Assembly: GCA_964016885.1 (NCBI GenBank)
Contig: OZ024740.1
Location: 235,042,001-235,106,000 of the forward strand
DNA from: Eledone cirrhosa
Taxonomy: Eukaryota
DNA: 64,000 bases
Direction of reading: 5' to 3'
The position numbers and the translations under genes are program-made. Shown piece after piece: positions 54,971-64,000 of the stretch. The notes under the pieces are model-generated. The model was not told the origin of the DNA. It was given only the letters and a program-made list of their open reading frames with translations, and did not search any database. Position 1 is the first letter of the stretch. Every line of letters begins with the position of its first letter.

Positions 54971-55291
54971 TCTATATATCTATATATCTAAAACAGGGAA
55001 TGTCTGTCTGTCCTCCTAAAACTCGAGAACCACCCAACCGATTTTTTTCAAACTTTACACATGTAATACGTATGGTCGTGTGAGTGTTTTGAGCAAAAAA
55101 ATATTTCAATTTTCAATGCCACGAAAGCGACAAAAAAAGAACAAGGCAGGCAAATGAATTGTCAGTGTAATCTGCTATTCGACAGCCGTAAGGCCGAGAT
55201 ATTCCGTACTTCTCTGTACTGTTTCAGAAAGGAGGGATAAACATGCCAATCTATGTTTAGAATCTCGTGCAACGCCGGGCTATTCTGCTAG
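54971..55291 (+). mobile_element. short non-autonomous Helitron
   Basis: 5' part homologous to 14092-14280; 3' CGTGCAACGCCGGG hairpin and CTAG|T. Confidence 0.75.
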
Positions 55292-55383
55292 TATATATTT
55301 TTCCTATTTCCCACTCTACTACCCTAAGTATTGAGTACTCTGGTGCGTTATGGTCCATCTGGTTCCTTACCCCAATTCCTTTG

Positions 55384-55430
<47 letters not shown>

Positions 55431-55613
55431 AATATGATAATAATGGAGCTGCGGCGTTGCAAATGGGTTACATATGAAAAAGTAAGTCCTTCATCAGTTG
55501 CCTTCCAACCGTCCTAGGCATTTCATCACTTTAAAGGCCATATACCTCAGGTTGGTGCGAACAACGGCTAAAAAAAGTCGTTGGGACACGTAAATAAAGG
55601 GGACGCTGGGGTG

Positions 55614-55687
<74 letters not shown>

Positions 55688-56508
55688 TATATACTGTAGT
55701 ATAAGGTTTGATAGCAATATCCATAGGACTAGTTAAGTATAATTAGTTACAACAGTGACATATACAGGTACTTAAGTTTCATTGGGTTATACACCCCAAC
55801 TCAGCCTGTTATAGAAAATAAAACTGGCTACCCCCAAATTCACGAGAGTTCTTTAAGGGCAGGTAATTTCCAATTTAGCAATAAATAAACATATATTTTA
55901 GATAATGTAATGAGAGGAAACTATAAAAAAACACAAAGGGCTTGTGCAAAGCTGGTAATTCAAAGAAATTAAATTCCTTAAAATTAAAATCATTTAGTTT
56001 GGTCTATACCATTTTCTTAGAATGTGAACAGCAACTAAAGCAGTTGAGGCGGCTTTTTAAGCACTCTTACTCTGAAGCCAGTTGTGAGAGTATATTCCAC
56101 TTTTCCGAGTTACATAGCCGGAAAAATTTCGTCCCATTAACATAGGGGATGGATTTTTCTAACAAGAACTCTCAGTTGACGAATGGTGTCTCGAATAACG
56201 AACACGCAAGCCAGCAACAACGGTTGACAATAAGCTTGTAGTATCGCCGGGTATGCGTCACTTGCTGTGTAGTTAGTTATTATGGCGATATCTATCTGTC
56301 TTTCACACACAATCTCTCTTTCATTGTATTTCTCTCTCAACATTTCGTATGGGAAAAATAGTTTCGGTTTACGAACATTTCGGGTGATGAACGGCCTTCA
56401 GGAACGAATTCGGAAGATAAGCGTCCCTCGGTTTAATAATGAAGGGAGAGGACAAGGAATAGAAATAACATTTTGAAACGTAGATCTTTGTATGTGTGAA
56501 TGTGTGAA

Positions 56509-56543
<35 letters not shown>

Positions 56544-57587
56544 ACGCGCACGTGTGAGTGTGTGTATTTGTGTGTGTGTGTATGTGTGTGTGTGTTTGCA
56601 GGCGCACGTGTGAGTGTGTGTTTGTGTGTGTGTGTGTGTGTTTGCACGCGCACGTATGAGTGTGTGTGTGTTTGCACGCGCACGTGTGAGTGTGTGTTTG
56701 TGTGTGTGGACACAGGCTGCATTAGTCCTGGGAAGTGGGGGGGTGATGATATTACAGCATCTTCAAATGAACATTCTGAGTAATGGAGGGAAAGATATGT
56801 CTCATGTTTCTAATTTTAGAGTATATCTAATTCTTGTTACTAAGCATGTTTTTGAATAATGTTTCGTAATGTGTCTGGGTCAGGCCATATTAACGTGTAA
56901 GACACCTCAGTAGTGTGCTCTAATCACAAATGGAGAACAATATTTGCGTGGTGGAGAAATACATTGTACATTCACAATGTTTAAAAAAATGCTATTTCTT
57001 TTTTCTTTCTTTTTTTCTTTATTTCTCATGTAATTATTCATGCTCGATATCAAAAAGGAAATATCATCAACGACTGTATTTTGTATAACTCAGTTAAAAC
57101 CCTACAGTTCTACACTACAGTTCTACCTAATTATTATAATCCCTCCTGCTATTTTTTATGCTACTTTCATCATGAAGAAACGATAGAAATCAGGACAGTT
57201 TTCATGGCTTCCGATACTGAGGAGATGAAAATAAGGAGGTAACCTCAAACCGGAGATCTATCTCGAATGCTTATAACAGAGTCGATCCTACTAAAAGCGC
57301 CGAAAGGACTGTGTAGTGGCATTAAACCGGGTGACAAATTTACCATCCAAGTAGGCCACAGCGGGATTTGACCTCAGAACACAAAGAATTGGAACAAATG
57401 TTGCAAGGCATGTCATCCAATGCTCTAACAATTCTACCAATCCCCAAGCAAAAACTGATAACTTTATTGTATAGACCAAGAAAGGGTGAAAGGCAAAGTT
57501 GAAATTTGAACTCAATGCGCAAAGGGCAGGAACAAATACCAAAAAGCACTTAGTCTTACATTCTTACAACTCTTCCAATTATTCCTT

Positions 57588-58125
57588 TGTAGTGACCTAC
57601 ATTCCGCGAGCTCACATACATTCTCTGTGCGTGATTTGGCTCAGCTCAGCCAATCAGCGCCAGTAGAAGAGGATGTATCCCTACGCGTCCTGAGGGAGAA
57701 ATTACCCGCGAAGATTTGAAGAATCTCTCTCTCGCACTAGGAACTTCGAACCAACAACACGTACATGTGACGGTGAGATTTTGCACCTTAGCCTGCCGGC
57801 TTTCCGGCGCAATGGCACATTCCCTTTTGTAACCTCATTTTATGTGTAACTTCGACCATACCAAGTTAACCAACATTATTTGTGCTACAACATAAGGATG
57901 AAAGGCAAAGTCAAATCCCGCCGAGGTTAACTTTGCCTTTCATCCTTACGGGGTCGATAAAATAAAGTACCAGTAATGTACTGGGTAATTGCTGGCCTTG
58001 TGCCAATAGTAGAAACAATTATTTGTGCTACAACAAAAATAAACATACATTTCATCTCTTTCTGCTGTTGACGTCATTATTATGTTACTCGTGTCTCAAT
58101 AACATTTATACACCATGCTGCTAAA
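57588..58125 (+). mobile_element. solo LTR (TGTAG...CTAAA) with inserted SINE
   Basis: Starts TGTAGTGACCTACATT like the 8608 LTR; 4-bp TSD CCTT (57584-57587 and 58126-58129); AATAAA near 3' end. Confidence 0.7.
57893..58020 (+). mobile_element. 5'-truncated family A SINE with 20-bp inverted 5' piece
   Basis: TSD ATTATTTGTGCTACAACA; leading TAAGGATGAAAGGCAAAGT is the reverse complement of its own internal sequence. Confidence 0.85.
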
Positions 58126-58662
58126 CCTTCTTAATCCCAAATTCTCACACCAAACTTTACCCGTGTTAACCACACCAACTGCACTCTGCTGCGAATGCGT
58201 GTTGTTTAATAGTTAGGGTGTTTGACTCGCGATCGTAGGGTCGTGAGTTCGACTCCCAGTCGGGTGTTGTATCCTTGAGTAAAACACTCTATATTCACAT
58301 TGATCCAGATCACTCAGCTAGCTAGGAATGAGATGTACCTACCTGTAATTCATATGGTACTCGTGCTTGTGGAATGCACAGCCTCTTATGCGTTCATTTC
58401 ACGAGCCGGCTGTTCCGATAGTCAAACAACTGGAACACTCATCGTCGCAACCGACAGAGGTCCAACACAACAACCACACATCCCTCTACTATTGCCTTGG
58501 TTGCCGTCGATTAGAACCGGAGTTTATGTTCCATGTAGAAAACGAGCAAGGGAGACAATTCAGGATTGCCAGATAGCTCTAGCCGCACAAACACATTCAC
58601 GAATTCAGTTTATTAAAACCTCAGTTATCAATTCACTGTGCTTCGTTTCTTCTGTGTTCTTA

Positions 58663-58848
58663 TTGGATTGGCAGTATCGGTAGAGGGTTGGACGCCACGC
58701 TTTTCTGCATAGAGTTACGGCCCTTTACAGTCTGAGTTCAAATCCTGCCTAGGTTAACTTTGCCTTTCATCCTTACGGGGTTGACAAGATAAAGTACCAG
58801 TAATACACTGGGATAATTGCTGGCCTTGTGCCAAAAGTAGAAACAATT
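58663..58848 (+). mobile_element. tRNA-derived SINE, family A
   Basis: A/B boxes and tail; further decayed copies at ~12805-12895, ~20783-20978, ~57345-57570, ~62300-62467. Confidence 0.88.
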
Positions 58849-59247
58849 ATTAGATCTATGGCTATTGCTCGAATTAATTTGTAACAATTTTTCTATCTCT
58901 TCTACAGCTACCTCTCTTTATGTGTTGCGTTTTCCCTGCATTTTATTGTAATATTCTTGTCCTATATTGATATGTAGCGTTTTGTTATCTTTCCGTCTAA
59001 CGGATCGATAATAGCCTGATTGCTGTTGGTAATAGCCTGAATGCTGTTGTCTTGTTCAGTATCCCGAATAATTCTTTTTCCTTAGAAATTATTGATGCCC
59101 TGGGAAGAGTGGTGCCATCTTTTAAAACATCCGAAACTACAAAAACGCCCAGTAGACAGCTGGTGACTGAGATTTCTCCATATGTCAGTCTTTTCCAAGT
59201 TTTCTCTGTCCTTCGCTTGTACCGCGTTTTAACTTTGGACTGATATA

Positions 59248-59316
<69 letters not shown>

Positions 59317-60776
59317 GTGTGGCGAAAGTGTCCGTGGGAAAGAATAAGAAAAATGCTCAATCTGATGGAAGAGAGATAATTTAATATTTTTATTAATGTT
59401 CATACACGTAATATTTATTGCACTCCCTTAGATTTCAATGTAAAGGTATCATTCATTAACAGTGTTAATCACATCCACGGCGCCCTATCATTTCTCTCGC
59501 TACTATTGCTATCCAACATGTGTGGTACCAGGGTCATGTCTGCGTTGCGTGTGAACAACAAGCAAAGTAAACACTTCTTAGATCTATCTCAATTCATCCT
59601 TGACATTTGTTGTGGAGTCATTGCACGAATTCTATCACCTCTCAAACACGAACCAGGTTATCAGTTAAGACATATAAAAAATAAAATCGAACAAAAATAA
59701 ATTTTTAAAACGTTGTCAAATAAATCAGAAGTATATGAATTAAAGATTCCTTTATCAAAAAGAAAGTCACGAAACTCGACTCGTTTTTTTACGAGGGTCA
59801 GCTGAAAGGTTCATAGGCGGACCAAGATACTCTCATGGAATGACCAAATGAGGTTTACTTTTCAACATGGTTCCTGGAAAGAAACAATACATACAGTTAA
59901 TAGGAAGAAGAGTTGAAATTAATGCATGCAAGATTTCACAGCTCTAACATCAATCCTTCATAGCCTGACCAAGATACTCTCATGAAATGACCAAATGAGG
60001 TTTATTTTTCAACATAGTCCTTGGAAAGAAACAATGCAGTTAATATATATCTATATACATAAATGGAAATTTCTGTCTGTTTGTGTGTGTGTTTGTCGAT
60101 TTGTTTATGAACCTAAAACTACCAAATCGATCTTGATGAAACTTGGCACGTGTGTGCGGCTCATGCCCATTTGATTTCTTACGTATATTTCATGTTAATC
60201 AAAGGGTTCCCCGGGGGCTCAAACCCCCGCTGAAAAGCCCCGCTGAAAATGTTTTCCCTTCGATTTATATGAATTTTAAACCATAGGTAAATGACAAGAT
60301 ATGATGCCTATTCACAAAAGTTTTGAATTGATATTTTGAAAAAAATTATTTACAAGAAACAAAATAAGAATAAGAGTGAAATATCCAAATCTTCTGTGCT
60401 TACACACGTGTAGTCAGACCTGCAAAATTTTTGATGTGAGATATACTAATTTTACTGGATTCCTGTTGATAAGCACAGAAGATTTGGATATTTCACTCTT
60501 TTATTTCTATTCCATTTCGATTCTCTTTATTTTTCAATTCACATTCCACCGTTGCGAAACTTATTTAGGTTTCGAGGTTCAAATTCGTCTACAGAACAGG
60601 TTTGAATTTTGAAATTTAAATCTGTCCAGGAATCATGGCCGTTGCCAATATAAGCTTGTCTTTATTGACTTATATCGAGACAGACAAATTGTATTCACTT
60701 TAATTAGTTTATTTCATTAATAGCTAACTTTGTCTGTTGCAATATAAACACATTTCGTGTTTATCATATATTTTAA

Positions 60777-60810
<34 letters not shown>

Positions 60811-60907
60811 CTCTTTCTCTTTTTCTCTCTCCCACCCTTCGCCTCTTTCTTTCTCTCCTTTTCTCTCTCTCCACCCCCCTCTCTCTCACACTCCCTCCTC
60901 TCTCTCT

Positions 60908-60977
<70 letters not shown>

Positions 60978-61515
60978 TATATAAATGGCAATTTCTCTCT
61001 GTCTGTGTATCTGTGCATCTGTGTATCTGTGTAATCTGTGTATAACCAGTTGGCGCCTGCACCAGTGATCCGATCCTGATGAAACTTTACACACATGTTA
61101 AGCTAATATTCAGAAACAGGACTGGCTAATTGGATTTCAATAAAAATCAATAATCGAACCCCTGGGGACATCTTTATAATGGAGGAGGAAAGAGAGAGGG
61201 GAAGAGGAAATACTACTACTGTATGTTAAACCCTCCCTCCCACTGCTCCCCTTCCTCCTCCCACAACTCAGTCCTCCAAGCCGAGGCAACAACTTATTAG
61301 AAATATACATAAAGAAATTTTAAACAAAGCAGACTGAACAGATGTCTCTGTATATATAACCAATACAGGAATTGGATAATCAAAACCGCAACGGTATGTC
61401 ACATATCAAATCTTATATTTTGTCTGATGAAAACGTACTTAAACGTACCTTTGAAATATGTATAATAAAATATATATTTTGATTATGAGAATAATTTTCA
61501 TTTATTAACATTTTG

Positions 61516-61554
<39 letters not shown>

Positions 61555-62603
61555 ATCCACTGATATGGATTCTGAACACATGCACATGCTTAGGTCACAT
61601 TAAGGTCAACTGCAGGAATCGGTGATAAGTTACAAAAGAGGGTGATGATCAATGACCTGGAAGTTGGCTTACAATGAGATTAGTCCGAAGAATAAAACCC
61701 AAATCGTATGTTGACGAATATTCGTACTCCCGGCATGTTAATTGTAACATGCTGTCTTTGAGAGTAGAGTTTATTTTGTCGATATTTCGAGGTGTTGGAT
61801 CGTGGGAAAATTAACACGAATTAACTTCTTCCCCATTACTGACACTTTGCAGCAGTGAACGTTACGAGGCCCTATTTAGGGCTAACACTTCTGATTGTTT
61901 ATCCGACTTATTATGGGGTGGTTTTATTGAATTGCTTCAGTCATTCGAAGGGCTTTACAAACGGTTATAATTTCTTAAATAATTGCGATGACTTCCTCAA
62001 TTGTTCTGTGTTTGTTCTTGAGCGCTAAGGCAGTAAGTTTGCTATTCTTATACATATTTGTTGAATAAGTTCGATACTCTTCAAGCTCAAACTTCCCCGG
62101 CTTATTCACTCTGAATGAAGAAAGCTGGATGGAAGAAGGACTTATGACTTAAACAGCTATTGATAGTTCCACACAAAAAGTTTATCTGCCATAAACACAC
62201 CTAGCAAAGGTTGCTATTGAAAATACAGTATGGGCACCCAGGGTCGCTAGCATTTTCAGACGCACTCTGGGGACTGCGAATAACCCCACTTTTCCCGGGT
62301 CAACAATTTCAGGGGAGGGGGAAGTTGATTAAATCGACCCCATTGCGTACTGGTACTTTATTTTATCGACGCCGTAAGGATGAAAGGCAAAGCTAACCTC
62401 GACAGGATTTGAACTCAGAACGTAAAAGGCCGTAACAACAAAGCATGTTGTTCGACGCTCTACCGATAATAATATACAATGTCTTAGGTAGTTTCCACGA
62501 GAATCTGTAGTCGCTAAAACAGTCCATTTACAATATGCATGTGTGTGTGAGTTCAGCAATCTCTGTAATGTACGGAGAGATTGCCGAACACACAGATACT
62601 TAG

Positions 62604-62636
<33 letters not shown>

Positions 62637-62781
62637 CACATACATACATATACATATATACATAATACATACTAACACACATGCAAACAAATATATATAT
62701 ATGATGTCCCTAAAAATGTATACACACTTCAACAGCATTCTAATCAAAGTGTGTATACATTTGTATATATATATACATATA

Positions 62782-63553
<772 letters not shown>

Positions 63554-64000
63554 TATATATATATATATATATATATATACGATATTAAACAAATGGAAAC
63601 TATATTTATAAAACCATATTTATTTCATTATACATATTTCAGGGATACCATATTAAAAATATGGCATGCCTTCGTCAGATAAAATACAATATATAAACAG
63701 TTTTATAAATAATTTTGACGTACCCTATTATAAGCGACCATTATATTTGGAAGCTGTCTGGATAGTGATTTGTTTATAATTATTTAGTTATAGTGTTAAG
63801 CACAGTTAGAAAAAAGACGGAGAGAAAGAAAAAACGGAGATAAAGAAAAAACGGAGAGAGAGAGGGGGGAGGAAAAGAAGGAGAGAGAGAAAAAAGAAAG
63901 ATATATATAAATAGATAGGAGGAAGTGAAAAAGAAACAAGAAAGAAATAATAGAGGCAAACGAAAGCAACAGAGAGATAATAATTCATCATACAGATAGA

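Noticed and set aside
61560-62250. Unassigned non-repetitive stretch as a possible host exon
   Set aside because: No recognisable protein motif or convincing splice-bounded open frame found by eye.

Overview
AT-rich, microsatellite-dense metazoan DNA with no recognisable host protein-coding exon. The SINE and repeat repertoire suggests a coleoid cephalopod, probably Octopus (inference). Most of the window is nested mobile DNA: about 18 copies of one tRNA-derived SINE, two other SINE families, RTE-clade LINEs and bipartite RTE derivatives, R4/Dong-clade RLE LINEs in (CATA)n arrays, CRE-clade 3' ends, LTR remnants with TG...AA ends, non-autonomous Helitrons (one tandem array), and hAT/mariner remnants and MITEs. 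The most interesting signal is a set of short non-coding elements in (TA)n/(TG)n runs. They occur as more-than-unit-length tandem copies (periods 540, 378 and 300 bp) and/or long foldback palindromes, and carry type I hammerhead ribozyme motifs. One hammerhead has an apparently intact core (28867-28942, minus strand). This looks like a retrozyme / Penelope-dependent circular-RNA system. All coordinates and folds were read by eye; no database search or folding program was run.
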